From assembly GCA_902489775.1 (NCBI GenBank), contig CABUBH010000005.1, positions 6,415 to 70,414 on the forward strand: a DNA stretch of 64,000 nucleotides. Reading direction: 5' to 3'. The translations under genes were made by a program, and so were the position numbers. Below, in pieces: positions 9,740 through 19,233 of the stretch. The notes beneath the pieces were generated by a model that saw nothing but the letters and a program-made list of their open reading frames with translations, did no database searches and had not been told where the DNA came from. Within the stretch, counting starts at the first letter, position 1; each line of letters opens with the position of its first letter. This DNA is from an uncultured Collinsella sp. Its GTDB lineage: Bacteria; Actinomycetota; Coriobacteriia; Coriobacteriales; Coriobacteriaceae.

Positions 9740-9781
9740 AAAAAAGCACGGCACCGGAACGGTGTCGTGCTTGTGCTTTTT
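9740..9781. terminator. bidirectional hairpin terminator downstream of tRNA-Gly
   Basis: 12-bp stem AGCACGGCACCG / CGGTGTCGTGCT with a GAA loop. It is flanked by A6 on the left and T5 on the right. Confidence 0.65.
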
Positions 9782-9783
9782 AC

Positions 9784-9858
9784 TGGAGCGGGCAACGGGA
9801 CTCGAACCCGCGAGTGTCAGCTTGGGAAGCTGATGCCTTACCACTTGGCGATGCCCGC
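9784..9858 (-). tRNA. tRNA-Gly (anticodon CCC)
   Basis: Hand-folded cloverleaf: acceptor GCGGGCA/TGCCCGC, anticodon loop TTCCCAA, T-loop TTCGAGT, encoded CCA. 75 nt. Confidence 0.9.
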
Positions 9859-10155
9859 TTGTGTGTTGGCTAGTATAACGCGGTTGTCTTGTTCGATACA
9901 AGGGTGTCGATGCTTGTTTTAGCTGTGGAGAATCGTCTGAAAAACAGTCCAATTGTGGAGACAGGGACCTCTGGTGTCCTTATTTCACCATCTTTTACCT
10001 GCGGTTTTATTTGATTGTTCCATATGAACCCAATTTGTCGGAAATCGGGCAAGCTTTTGGTCAGCTTCCGGTACTTACCCGCATGAACCTCGGGGGTAGC
10101 CTCGTCCCAAGCGCCGCAGCCTCCCCGTGCGGCGCACGAGGGATAAGGAGCAGCC

Positions 10156-13100
10156 ATGTCCAACGCACCCACGCACTCTGTCCACAGCGCAATCGCAACA
10201 GGCCCGCTGCTCCTACTCCTCTTCCTACTCATCAGTTGCTTGGCTCCGAGACCCGCACTTGCCATCGACGGGTACGATCAGCTCGGCTTTCGCACCATTA
10301 GCGACGATTGTGGGCCCTTCTTCATCGGTAAGTACGAGGCTCAAGACGCCTCAATCGCGTACTGTATGAACCAGGAACGTCCCGGTCCCACCAAGCCGGG
10401 TGGCCCATGGCTCAACTTTGATCAGGGCTGGGTATGGCTCGACGACGAGTTCGCGGCGATCGTTTGTCACGGATATCCTTCCGCAACGTCATTTGGCGGT
10501 TACAGCCTGTCGCCCGATCGCGCCCGTGCCGCCACTCAACTTGCCGTATGGATGCTTAACGGCACCACCCATGTCGACGGCACTTACTCCTATACAACAG
10601 CTCAAGGCAAAACAAAGAGCGGGCATTTTACCGCCGACAATGAGGTTGTGGCTGCCGCACGGTGGCTTCACGACAATGCAAAATCGGGAGGCATCAAAGC
10701 CGCTCCGCACCGCGCACGGCGCTATTTGGGACCCATATCGGGCGGCAGCAAACGTCAAGACATGCTCTACGTGCTGCCAGCGGTCTCTGTTTCTTTCCAA
10801 AAGAAGTCCGCGAACACCGCCATTACCAGCGGAAACGACACCTATCAGTTTGACGGGGCAACATTCGATATCTTCGAGAGCATGAGCGACGCGCGCGTGG
10901 GCACGCTCAAAATGGACGGCAACGGCCGAGCACAGGCAACACTTTTACCCAACACAGCATACTACCTGGTAGAGACAAAGGCACCGGCAGGCTATATCCC
11001 TCGACGCGACCGCATCCCCTTTACCACGGAAGGCAATGGTGGTCATGTCACAATCGATGAGCAGCCAGGCACCATCACGTTGCGCATCGTAAAGACCGAC
11101 GCCGCAACGGGCGCCGGAGCCCAAGCGGGGGCCTCGCTTGCCGGCGCCGAGTTTACCTGCGTCTCTCAATCCACCCCCGGATGGACGCAAACCCTCACAA
11201 CCGACGAAAACGGTCGAGCCGCCCTTGATAACGTTCCCCTGGGAACCTTCACCATCTATGAGTCGAAGGCTCCCGAGGGCTACCTTCTGCCCAGCGACAG
11301 CTGGACCTACACCGTTGGAGCCGACCAGCTGGGCGACTCGGGCGTCGTCGAGCTCGAATCTCGCGTTTCTGATATTCCGATTGCATTTGACCTTGAGATT
11401 TCCAAATTCAAAGATCATGGCAACAGCGATCAGTCTGGCTTGGAGCAGCCCGCGGAAGGCGTTGTCTTCGAAGTCGTCAGTAATAGCTCACAACAGGTTG
11501 TTGGAACGTTAACCACAAATATCTATGGTTTTGCCTCCACCAAAGACCAGCCCGGAGCATGGTTCGGCGCGGGCAAGCGGCCCGACGGCGTCCACGGATC
11601 CATCCCCTATGACCGTGCCGGCTACACAGTTCGGGAGGTCCCAGAATCCGTCCCCGAAGGCTTTAAACAGGCAGGAGAATGGACCGCCTCGGCCGAACAG
11701 ATTGCTGACGGTGCCGAGCTTCAGTACATCGTGGACAACCATGCCCTATCGACACATCTCCAGATTGCTAAGCGCGACGCCCAAACCGGTGCCGCGGTTC
11801 CCCTTGCAGGCTTTAGCTTCCAGTTGCTCGACAGCAACCACGAGCCCATCTCACAAACGTGCTGGTATCCGACCCACAATGTCCTGAACACCTTTACGAC
11901 CGACACAACTGGTACCGTCACGCTGCCCGAGTCTCTTAACCCGGGCACCTACTACGTGCGAGAAGTCTCGGCAAAGAAGCCTTATCTTGTCGGAGAGGAT
12001 CTCGAGATAACAATCCCTGCCGACAGATATCTAACGCCCGTTGCGATTGCCTCATACTTCGACGATGCGGCAACCGGAAGCATCGAAATCGTAAAGTCCG
12101 ACGCTACCGATGGGCACAACCTCATGGGGGCCGTGTTTGATATTCGAGCCGCGGGCGATATTATTCGCCCCGACGGCAGTATCGTTGCCCTGGACGGCGA
12201 AACCGTCGCCACCGTAACGACTGACGAGCAGGGGTCCGCCCGTGCGAGCCATCTTTCGCTGGGATGTGGAACCGCATGCTACGAAGTCGTTGAGACCCAA
12301 GCGCCCGAAGGATATCTCCTAGACCAAAGTCCCCATACGGTCGAGCTGTCATATGCCGACCAGACAACGTCCGTCATCGAAGCCCATCTCGGAGTATTCG
12401 ATGATTTCACCAAGATCGATATCTCAAAAGTCGACCTAACCGGAAAACAAGAGGTGGAGGGCGCTCAGCTCACCCTATATGGACAAGACGAAACCGAAAT
12501 CGGCTCTTGGACCTCATCCGATAAACCTCACCGCATCGAACATCTTGCGCCCGGCACCTACACGTTGCGCGAAATGATGTCCCCGCGAACCTACGACCTT
12601 GCCGAGGAGATAACGTTTGAAGTGAAGGCTACGGGAGAAGTCCAATCTTTCGCAATGAAGGACGCGCCGATCGAGATCAAGGGACAGGTCGACAAGCGTC
12701 AAGAAATTGCCCAGCCCACCGGGGATGGCCTCTTGGCTAACGGCGATGGCAAAAACCGCGCCGCGACACAAGCCGATGCGGAAGGGTTTTTCTCCTACAC
12801 CGTCGATGCGCGAAACGAGTCGACCACCTGGGTTGATGAGTTCACGATTACCGATGATCTTGAGTGCGCCAAGGACGGTACGGCAAGACTCGTCTCAATC
12901 GAAACCCCTATTGCCATCGGCGACCTCAACGGTCTGTGCAACGTGTGGTACCGCACAACGCCGCTGGGCTCGTCAGACATCGACGAGCAGGCAAACGCGA
13001 CGCTTGACGATGGACATGAAAACCCCTGGCTTGAGTCCGACGAAGTTAAAGAGAGCCTGGGCGAGGACCGCCGTCTCGTTGATTACGAAGGCTGGCATCT

Positions 13101-13587
13101 CTGGAAAACCGATGTCCCGACCACAAAATCAATCACGCTTGAGGTAAATGAGCTCGACCTTCCCGTCGATACCATCGTAACGGGCATTCGCCTTGAGTAC
13201 GGTGCGGTGGACGCCGACTTTGCAACCAGGTGCGACGAAGATTCTTGGAAGCGCGAAGACCTTAAAAACGAACATGACGATCTCGATGACGCCAAGGCAA
13301 CCCTCGGTACAGACGCCCGGAGTGCAGTAGTCCATATGCAGGCAACTTCTTCCTATACGCCCCAGGCACCAGTTGCCAACAGCGCCCGTGTCGACCTCTG
13401 TCGCAACGGCGGCGGCGACAAACTTGAGTCACATGACGAGGATCGTGTCGTTCAGCGCTGCACCCTACCGCAGGACCTACCGGCAACAGGATCAGTTCCC
13501 ATCGCCGCCTGCATCACCGCGCTCCTGACCTCGGGTGCGGCAGCCCTATGGTTCGCTCGCCTTAGGTCGATCCCAAAGAAGCGCTAA
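10156..13587 (+). CDS. LPXTG-anchored thioester-domain (TQXA) adhesin with Cna-B/SpaA-type repeats
   Basis: Signal peptide. IAYCMNQ (Cys70) plus TQLAVW (Gln128) match the thioester-domain Cys and TQXA motifs. Repeated prealbumin-fold signatures (YYLVETKAPAGYIP, FTIYESKAPEGYLL, YEVVETQAPEGYLLD, YTLREMMSPRTYDL). C-terminal LPATG, a TM helix and KKR. Confidence 0.85.
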   Translation: MSNAPTHSVHSAIATGPLLLLLFLLISCLAPRPALAIDGYDQLGFRTISDDCGPFFIGKYEAQDASIAYCMNQERPGPTKPGGPWLNFDQGWVWLDDEFAAIVCHGYPSATSFGGYSLSPDRARAATQLAVWMLNGTTHVDGTYSYTTAQGKTKSGHFTADNEVVAAARWLHDNAKSGGIKAAPHRARRYLGPISGGSKRQDMLYVLPAVSVSFQKKSANTAITSGNDTYQFDGATFDIFESMSDARVGTLKMDGNGRAQATLLPNTAYYLVETKAPAGYIPRRDRIPFTTEGNGGHVTIDEQPGTITLRIVKTDAATGAGAQAGASLAGAEFTCVSQSTPGWTQTLTTDENGRAALDNVPLGTFTIYESKAPEGYLLPSDSWTYTVGADQLGDSGVVELESRVSDIPIAFDLEISKFKDHGNSDQSGLEQPAEGVVFEVVSNSSQQVVGTLTTNIYGFASTKDQPGAWFGAGKRPDGVHGSIPYDRAGYTVREVPESVPEGFKQAGEWTASAEQIADGAELQYIVDNHALSTHLQIAKRDAQTGAAVPLAGFSFQLLDSNHEPISQTCWYPTHNVLNTFTTDTTGTVTLPESLNPGTYYVREVSAKKPYLVGEDLEITIPADRYLTPVAIASYFDDAATGSIEIVKSDATDGHNLMGAVFDIRAAGDIIRPDGSIVALDGETVATVTTDEQGSARASHLSLGCGTACYEVVETQAPEGYLLDQSPHTVELSYADQTTSVIEAHLGVFDDFTKIDISKVDLTGKQEVEGAQLTLYGQDETEIGSWTSSDKPHRIEHLAPGTYTLREMMSPRTYDLAEEITFEVKATGEVQSFAMKDAPIEIKGQVDKRQEIAQPTGDGLLANGDGKNRAATQADAEGFFSYTVDARNESTTWVDEFTITDDLECAKDGTARLVSIETPIAIGDLNGLCNVWYRTTPLGSSDIDEQANATLDDGHENPWLESDEVKESLGEDRRLVDYEGWHLWKTDVPTTKSITLEVNELDLPVDTIVTGIRLEYGAVDADFATRCDEDSWKREDLKNEHDDLDDAKATLGTDARSAVVHMQATSSYTPQAPVANSARVDLCRNGGGDKLESHDEDRVVQRCTLPQDLPATGSVPIAACITALLTSGAAALWFARLRSIPKKR

Positions 13588-13597
13588 CGCGATAAAA

Positions 13598-13629
13598 AGC
13601 GGGCGAGTCAGTCTCCCGCCTCGCCCGCT
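13598..13629. terminator. hairpin between convergent genes
   Basis: AGCGGGCGAG ... CTCGCCCGCT 10-bp stem, flanked by AAAA and TTT. Confidence 0.5.
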
Positions 13630-13652
13630 TTCAATCATGTAAATCGCCACAT

Positions 13653-13871
13653 CTACTCGGCAGATGAAGATCCGCTGTCGACGAGCGCCTGCTCGGACTC
13701 GGGGATTCCATCGGCACCCGTACTTTGCTCTTGCTCCACCTCTTCGCTGATTGCGGATGCGGGGGTCGACCCCTTTACACCCACGATATAGGCAGCCCCA
13801 AATCCCAAAGCGACGGCAATAAGGGTCAGAATCAAATAAACAGGCCAATGACGTTTAATGAACGAAAACAC
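13653..13871 (-). CDS. small single-pass membrane protein
   Basis: 72 aa with one TM helix (WPVYLILTLIAVALGFGAAYIV) and an acidic tail. It starts 22 nt after the stop of the M28-like gene on the same strand. Confidence 0.5.
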   Translation of the reverse strand: MFSFIKRHWPVYLILTLIAVALGFGAAYIVGVKGSTPASAISEEVEQEQSTGADGIPESEQALVDSGSSSAE

Positions 13872-13892
13872 GTTGACTCCTTAGAGCTCCGC

Positions 13893-16800
13893 CTACGAAC
13901 GGCGGATAACCTCGGTCACGACCTCGGATACCGTGGCAATGTTCGTCGGGTTAACGTTGTGGGGCAGGTCGTCCTCGGTGCGAGCACAAGCCAGGCGCGT
14001 GCCGTCCACACCGGCGATGGTGAGGGCACGACGGCTCGCCTCGAGTGCGGCATAGGCATCGGTCTTGGCATAGGGCATCTCGAGCGCACCACAATCGACA
14101 TGGAACGACTTGCAGACCTTGCTGACCAGATTCATGATGCGGCGGTCGCCCTTAAGCAGCTGCTGCTCGCCCTCGACCGTCACTACCGAAAGCCTACCGG
14201 CGCCGACGGATTCAAGATTGATGAAGAATACGCCGCGGAGCTTATCGCGATGCGAGGCCAAGAACGCCTTCATGCCGGCGCCATCACAATCCGAGGCACC
14301 CGTCGCCACAAACCAGATATCGTGACCAAGCAGTTCGTCATCGCCCATAGAAGCGACAGCCGAGAGCATGTCCTCGTCAGATGCACCATCGGAAGACGTG
14401 GCGCCGCCCTTCCAGCCGTCGTTATCGTCCTCGAAGTTATCCCACGAGCCGATACCGCGGCCAGACTTCTTAGCATCGTAATCGTCTTCGACACCCAGCC
14501 AGTCACTCATGCTGTCCTGATCGTTTTTCTTTTTACGACCAAACAGACCGCCCAGACCGCGCTTGCGGGGCTTGGGCGCGGCCGAAGCGGGAGCCGAGAT
14601 GGTCTCGAGCGGCTGCGCGCCCGACGCGACGGGCATGGAAGGTGCAACGGGCGCCGACGTGGGCTCGGGACCCTGCGCCGTCGCGAAGGGGTCATCGACC
14701 TGAGCCGAGGGGTCGGGAAGGTCGAACAGTGACGTGCGAGACGCAACGTTAGCCTGCTTCATCGACGGCAGCGACGGATCGGGAACCGAAGCCAACGGCG
14801 ACGAGGAGGGCGTAGGCACCGGAACTGACGCCGGATCGGGAACATTCATCTGCGGGCGCGGCGTGGCCTGAGACGAAATCTGCGCCATGAGGGAATCGAC
14901 CGTTTCGTCCTGAGTGGGGGCGACGTTGGCAACCGTGGAGCCAGAACCACCCGGAGTCGGCATGGTGAAAATCTGCGTGGAGTAAGGTCTCGACTCGTCC
15001 GTCTCGGGCGCCTCGGAAACCTCGGAGACCACAGCTGCCTCATCCTGCTCGACCTCGGCCGAATCGTTCTGCTCAACCGCTACGTGCTGCTCTTCCTCAG
15101 CACTGACCTCAACGACCTGGTCTTCGGCAGCATCCGGGACTTCAACCGCATCGGCGGTCTCGGCATCGTTTGCCACAGCGGCCTGATCATCGGAAGCCTC
15201 AAGGGGCTCAGCAATCGCGGTGCCCTGTTTTTCAAACGTTATCGTGGCATCGAACTGCGCGGCGTCGAACGACATGGTGCCATCAACGGGCTGCTGGGGC
15301 TCGAAAGACGTCGTCGCCTCAACAACATCAGCGGATGCCGGTTGCTGGGACTCAAAAGACGTCGTAGCTTCGGCAGCGTCGACGGCCACGGGCTGCTGAG
15401 CCTCGTTCTGTTCGAACTCCTGCGCCGCACGCTCACGCTCCGCCTCGGCTGCCTGCTGCTGAGCGATAGCCTCCTGCTCGGCAGCCTCGCGTGCGATGGC
15501 GCGCTTTTCCTCAAAGTCGTCGATGAATTTCTTGCCCTTTGCAAATGCACCCTTAAAGAAGCTGGAAGCACTGGCCCCAATCGAAGAGAAGGCGGATGCA
15601 ATATCGGCATGGGGCGTCGCCGCGGGAATCTCGGCCGAGAAATCGGTATCACTCTCGTAAGACACGCGCCTCGGCTGTTCAGCGTAATCGTCGTCAGACT
15701 CGTCCGTAACGTCTTGCGCCGGCGCGGCGGGAGCCAAAATGTCCAGTCCTGCCGCGGGATCGATCGCGGACACCGCCTCGGGCTCGGCAACGGCAGCGGT
15801 AACCGCGGCAGACTCATCATCCACGGCGACAACGGGCGCAGGTGCAGTCACGACGGGGGCAGGCTCGGGCTCGAATGTCGGCTCCTCGCCCTCCTCGTAA
15901 TCGAGCGTACAGGACTCGGGAAGCATGCCGAGTGCGCGGATGGCATCCGAACCAAAGCGGATGTTGCCGGCGGCATTGCGATAGAGCTTAGGCTCAGGCT
16001 CGCTGGGCTCGACCACAACAGACTCCTCCGCCGACTCGGCAGCGGGAACCTCGGCAGCAGGCTCTTCGACTTGGACAGCCTGGCCCTGCGCCTCGGGCAC
16101 AATGGAGCCGATCAGCGTCTCGTCGGCAGATGCACCCTCAAAGCCATCGATCTGCTCGTCGAAAGCCTCGCCTTGTTCGGACTCGAGCTGATCATCGGAA
16201 GCGATCGGCTGGCCAAACTCGTCCTCCTCGTAGGTAGGCTCTTCGTACTCAATGGTGTTGCCATAGTCGTTTTGCTGCTGGGCCGCGGCATATTCCGCCG
16301 CCGCACGTGCCATCTCCTCGGCGCGACGTTTTTGCTCACCAAAATAGGTGTCGAACGGAACATCGTCGGGGAACTCATTCTCGCCCTGGAAGGGGGCGAC
16401 ATTGTCCATAACGCCAAGCAAAGCGGCGACAGAAGATTTGTTGCACACCGCGCCGGACGTATAGGGAAGGATGTAGCGATTGGAGATGATGTTTGCCGCG
16501 TTGGCGAGCGCAACGAGAGAGGCGAGAATCGCGACGATCCACAGCAGAACCTTGAGCGCGCCGGGAAGCGGCAGGATACGCAGGACGGCGACGGCAGCGG
16601 GGGCAACCGTGGCGACGGGCAGCAACTTAGCGATGAGCGCGCGGTACGAAGCATAGGGTTCGCGGGCAAGCAGCTCGGCGCGAGGGGAGTCGTAATGTGC
16701 GACAACGACCACCGGGCGATTGCGCGGGGACGCGAGCGGGCCAGAAGCCTTGTGATAGGCGATGACATTTTGGCTCACGCCCGTCTTTCCCAGCCCCGAA

Positions 16801-17108
16801 ATCACGGGATGCCCGGTACGCTCGAGCACATAGAGCACGGCACCGATGATGGCCAGCAGGGTACCGACCAAGCCGATGCCGCCACCGATACCCATAAGCA
16901 GGGCGCCGACAAACGCAAGGATGCCGGTGATAGCAAATGCCAGCCTGCTCGGCGCGGGAGCATTAAACTCCTGCACCTCGGGATCAAAGCCATGGTTGCG
17001 GAAAATCTGAGCGATATCCTCGGCAGCCAAGCGCTCTTCTTCGCTGCATGCCGGCGTGATGCCGGTGTTCTGCAGCAGGTGGTTGATATAGTTCTGGGTG
17101 TTCGCCAT
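13893..17108 (-). CDS. polytopic membrane M28-peptidase-like protein with a ~600-aa acidic/Pro-Ala-rich insert
   Basis: The N-terminal part has TM helices and VVVAHYDSPRAE (an M28-type HxD metal site). The C-terminal part has IWFVATGASDCDGAGMKAFL and FFINLESVGAG. The centre is low complexity. I place the start at ATG 17108 (MANTQNYINHLL). Confidence 0.7.
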   Translation of the reverse strand: MANTQNYINHLLQNTGITPACSEEERLAAEDIAQIFRNHGFDPEVQEFNAPAPSRLAFAITGILAFVGALLMGIGGGIGLVGTLLAIIGAVLYVLERTGHPVISGLGKTGVSQNVIAYHKASGPLASPRNRPVVVVAHYDSPRAELLAREPYASYRALIAKLLPVATVAPAAVAVLRILPLPGALKVLLWIVAILASLVALANAANIISNRYILPYTSGAVCNKSSVAALLGVMDNVAPFQGENEFPDDVPFDTYFGEQKRRAEEMARAAAEYAAAQQQNDYGNTIEYEEPTYEEDEFGQPIASDDQLESEQGEAFDEQIDGFEGASADETLIGSIVPEAQGQAVQVEEPAAEVPAAESAEESVVVEPSEPEPKLYRNAAGNIRFGSDAIRALGMLPESCTLDYEEGEEPTFEPEPAPVVTAPAPVVAVDDESAAVTAAVAEPEAVSAIDPAAGLDILAPAAPAQDVTDESDDDYAEQPRRVSYESDTDFSAEIPAATPHADIASAFSSIGASASSFFKGAFAKGKKFIDDFEEKRAIAREAAEQEAIAQQQAAEAERERAAQEFEQNEAQQPVAVDAAEATTSFESQQPASADVVEATTSFEPQQPVDGTMSFDAAQFDATITFEKQGTAIAEPLEASDDQAAVANDAETADAVEVPDAAEDQVVEVSAEEEQHVAVEQNDSAEVEQDEAAVVSEVSEAPETDESRPYSTQIFTMPTPGGSGSTVANVAPTQDETVDSLMAQISSQATPRPQMNVPDPASVPVPTPSSSPLASVPDPSLPSMKQANVASRTSLFDLPDPSAQVDDPFATAQGPEPTSAPVAPSMPVASGAQPLETISAPASAAPKPRKRGLGGLFGRKKKNDQDSMSDWLGVEDDYDAKKSGRGIGSWDNFEDDNDGWKGGATSSDGASDEDMLSAVASMGDDELLGHDIWFVATGASDCDGAGMKAFLASHRDKLRGVFFINLESVGAGRLSVVTVEGEQQLLKGDRRIMNLVSKVCKSFHVDCGALEMPYAKTDAYAALEASRRALTIAGVDGTRLACARTEDDLPHNVNPTNIATVSEVVTEVIRRS

Positions 17109-17306
17109 GTGCGCTCCACATCCATAATCCGACAAATAGGCCCAATGCATGCACATTAGAACCGTATATAGTCGAAAGTATACCCCGAGCGAGCGCAAAC
17201 GACCGAATTCGGGCCATCTTAACGCCCCGAGCGGACAAGGATATAGCCTAATCTCCATATCGGACTAAAATCATGGCAGCAAACCACCTTCCCATGCGAG
17301 GACTCT

Positions 17307-18329
17307 ATGACGGCAAGCGACACGACCGCTACGAACAAAAAGGGAACGCCGGAGCCCAGTTTCGATAAAACTGCCCAGCGCATCCTCAATCTTTTCTTTG
17401 TGCTCAACAGCTCTCCCGAGCCGTTGACGACCGAGCAAATCGTCTTGGATTCCGATTTGGGGTATGGCTCGGGCAACATCGACTCGGATAAGCGCAAGTT
17501 TCGTCGCGATCGCGACAAACTACTCGAACGCGGCATTGTTATCAAAGAGGTTCGCCCCGCCGGCGCGCAAGAGACCGAGGAAAGCTCGTGGACGATCGAC
17601 CGCGAGCACACGTTTGCGGCAGGTGGTCTCATCACCGCAGACGATGCCGACATCTTGCTGGACGCCATCGACCAGACGCTTGCGGCCGGCTCCTCCGCTT
17701 TTGCCGCGCCGCTCGCCGACATCCGGTCCAAGATTGCCTATCTCACCGGCATATCTGCCGCAGACGAGGCGCCGATCCATCGTTCTCCCACCGTCGATGC
17801 AGTTTGGAGCGCCTTTGCCGAGCGCTGTGCACTGCGCTTTTTGTATCAGAACGGTCGCGGCGAGCAGAAAGAGCGCACCGTCTGCGTCTACGGTATGTTC
17901 GAACACGATGGCACGGCGTATTTCTGCGGTCTGGACAATGCCACCGACAACATCAGAACGTTCCGCTGCGACCGCATCGTCCGCGCTTGGCGCCCCTCAA
18001 AGGCATACTCCATTCCCGCAGACTTCAATCTCAACGATTACCTGTTCTTTGAGTTCGATTTTGCCGACCGACCGCCCGTTGCGGCAACGTTCTCGTTCGC
18101 GCGCGAGTCGCAAGCCGATATGGTCAGCGGTCTCACGCGCGGGCGAGGCGATCTTGCACGCAGCGAAGAAGGATGGACCTGGACCGTTGACGTGCGCGAC
18201 TTTGACGCCGCCGCCTCATTCTGCATGGCCCATGCCATGGACGGCATGAGACCCGTTGCCCCCGATGCACTCAAACTGGCATGGAACCACCTCATCGAAA
18301 GGACGGTGCATGAGCATGCCCGCTCGTAA
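17307..18329 (+). CDS. HTH + WYL-domain transcriptional regulator (PafB/PafC-like)
   Basis: N-terminal wHTH (AQRILNLFFVLNSSPEPLTTEQIV). WYL core ALRFLYQNGRGEQKERTVCVYGMFEHDGTAYFCGLDNATDNIRTFRCDRI. Confidence 0.8.
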   Translation: MTASDTTATNKKGTPEPSFDKTAQRILNLFFVLNSSPEPLTTEQIVLDSDLGYGSGNIDSDKRKFRRDRDKLLERGIVIKEVRPAGAQETEESSWTIDREHTFAAGGLITADDADILLDAIDQTLAAGSSAFAAPLADIRSKIAYLTGISAADEAPIHRSPTVDAVWSAFAERCALRFLYQNGRGEQKERTVCVYGMFEHDGTAYFCGLDNATDNIRTFRCDRIVRAWRPSKAYSIPADFNLNDYLFFEFDFADRPPVAATFSFARESQADMVSGLTRGRGDLARSEEGWTWTVDVRDFDAAASFCMAHAMDGMRPVAPDALKLAWNHLIERTVHEHARS

Positions 18330-19233
18330 ACTCACCAGCGAGCAGAGACTCTCGCGTGCCATCGACATCATGGAAGCCCTCTACGCCGCCGGGAGCGTGG
18401 GGCTGACGAGAAATGAGATTTGCAATCGCTTTGACATTTCCGGAACCTCGCTGGACGAGATTCTCGATATTGTCTCGACCCTCGCTGATCGCGAGTCGGG
18501 CGCCCGCATTATCTGCGAGCGCAACGGCGAACACATATCCCTTACCGGCGATGCGGGGTGCGTGCTGCCGCTGCGCTTGAGTGCCGCCGAAGGCGCCGTG
18601 CTCAACCATGAACTTGAATCACTGGGGATCGAGCCCCAGGCGGCGGCTCGGATTCGACATGCTCTCCTTCCCGAAGAGCTCAGCTACAATCAGCGCGTCG
18701 TCGATACTGTTGTCCGCGGATCGCACTGGCAGCAGCTCAGCAGCGCTATTCAGGACGGCGTTCGTTGCCGTATTACCTATCGTTCGATGGACGATGCACA
18801 GCCGCGCGAGCGCCTCATCGACCCCTTGCGCATCGCGACGCATGGCGACCAGACCTACCTGATTGCCTGGGACATCGAAGTTGATGGGCAACGTTCCTAC
18901 CGCATGGACAAAATCGAGGGCCTTTCCCTCACCGAGGATTCCGTCGAGCGCCACGCGCCTTCGACCGCATCCCTTCACGACTCCCTCTCCCAAGCGGAGC
19001 AGGGCGTAAAGCTCCTCATGCCGCGCGACATGGCAGAGCGTCTGGGCTGGGCCGGCATTATGTCGATCGAGCGCAGCGGGGCAGACACGGCAACGGTAAC
19101 CGTGCATTACGGCTCCGAGCGTTGGCTGCTGAGCCAGATAATCGCAGCGGGCGGAGCCATCCGCATCTTGGATGACCCCACCCTGTCAAAGCGTCTGTGC
19201 GATATGGCAAAAACCCTCGTCTGTCCGCTTTAG
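18310..19233 (+). CDS. HTH + WYL-domain transcriptional regulator (second PafB/PafC-like paralogue)
   Basis: RLSRAIDIMEALYAAGSVGLTRNEI (HTH). RCRITYRSMDDAQPRERLIDPLRIATHGDQTYLIAWDIEVDGQRSYRMDKI (WYL). It overlaps the previous gene by 20 nt. Confidence 0.8.
   Translation: MSMPARKLTSEQRLSRAIDIMEALYAAGSVGLTRNEICNRFDISGTSLDEILDIVSTLADRESGARIICERNGEHISLTGDAGCVLPLRLSAAEGAVLNHELESLGIEPQAAARIRHALLPEELSYNQRVVDTVVRGSHWQQLSSAIQDGVRCRITYRSMDDAQPRERLIDPLRIATHGDQTYLIAWDIEVDGQRSYRMDKIEGLSLTEDSVERHAPSTASLHDSLSQAEQGVKLLMPRDMAERLGWAGIMSIERSGADTATVTVHYGSERWLLSQIIAAGGAIRILDDPTLSKRLCDMAKTLVCPL

Noticed and set aside
9609-9740. Possible ZTP/purine-type riboswitch upstream of purB (minus strand)
   Set aside because: I could not find the conserved ZTP pseudoknot elements (GGGUCG..CCGGGCGGA / CCGCCUGGGC) or purine-riboswitch junction motifs. 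A terminator and the tRNA-derived repeat separate this region from the purB promoter.
17113-17137. TGTCGGAT on the minus strand just upstream of the M28-like gene, reminiscent of the PafBC-dependent RecA-NDp motif TGTCGGTG-N8-TAnnnT
   Set aside because: The second half-site (TAnnnT at the required 8-nt spacing) is not present, and the match to the first half is imperfect.
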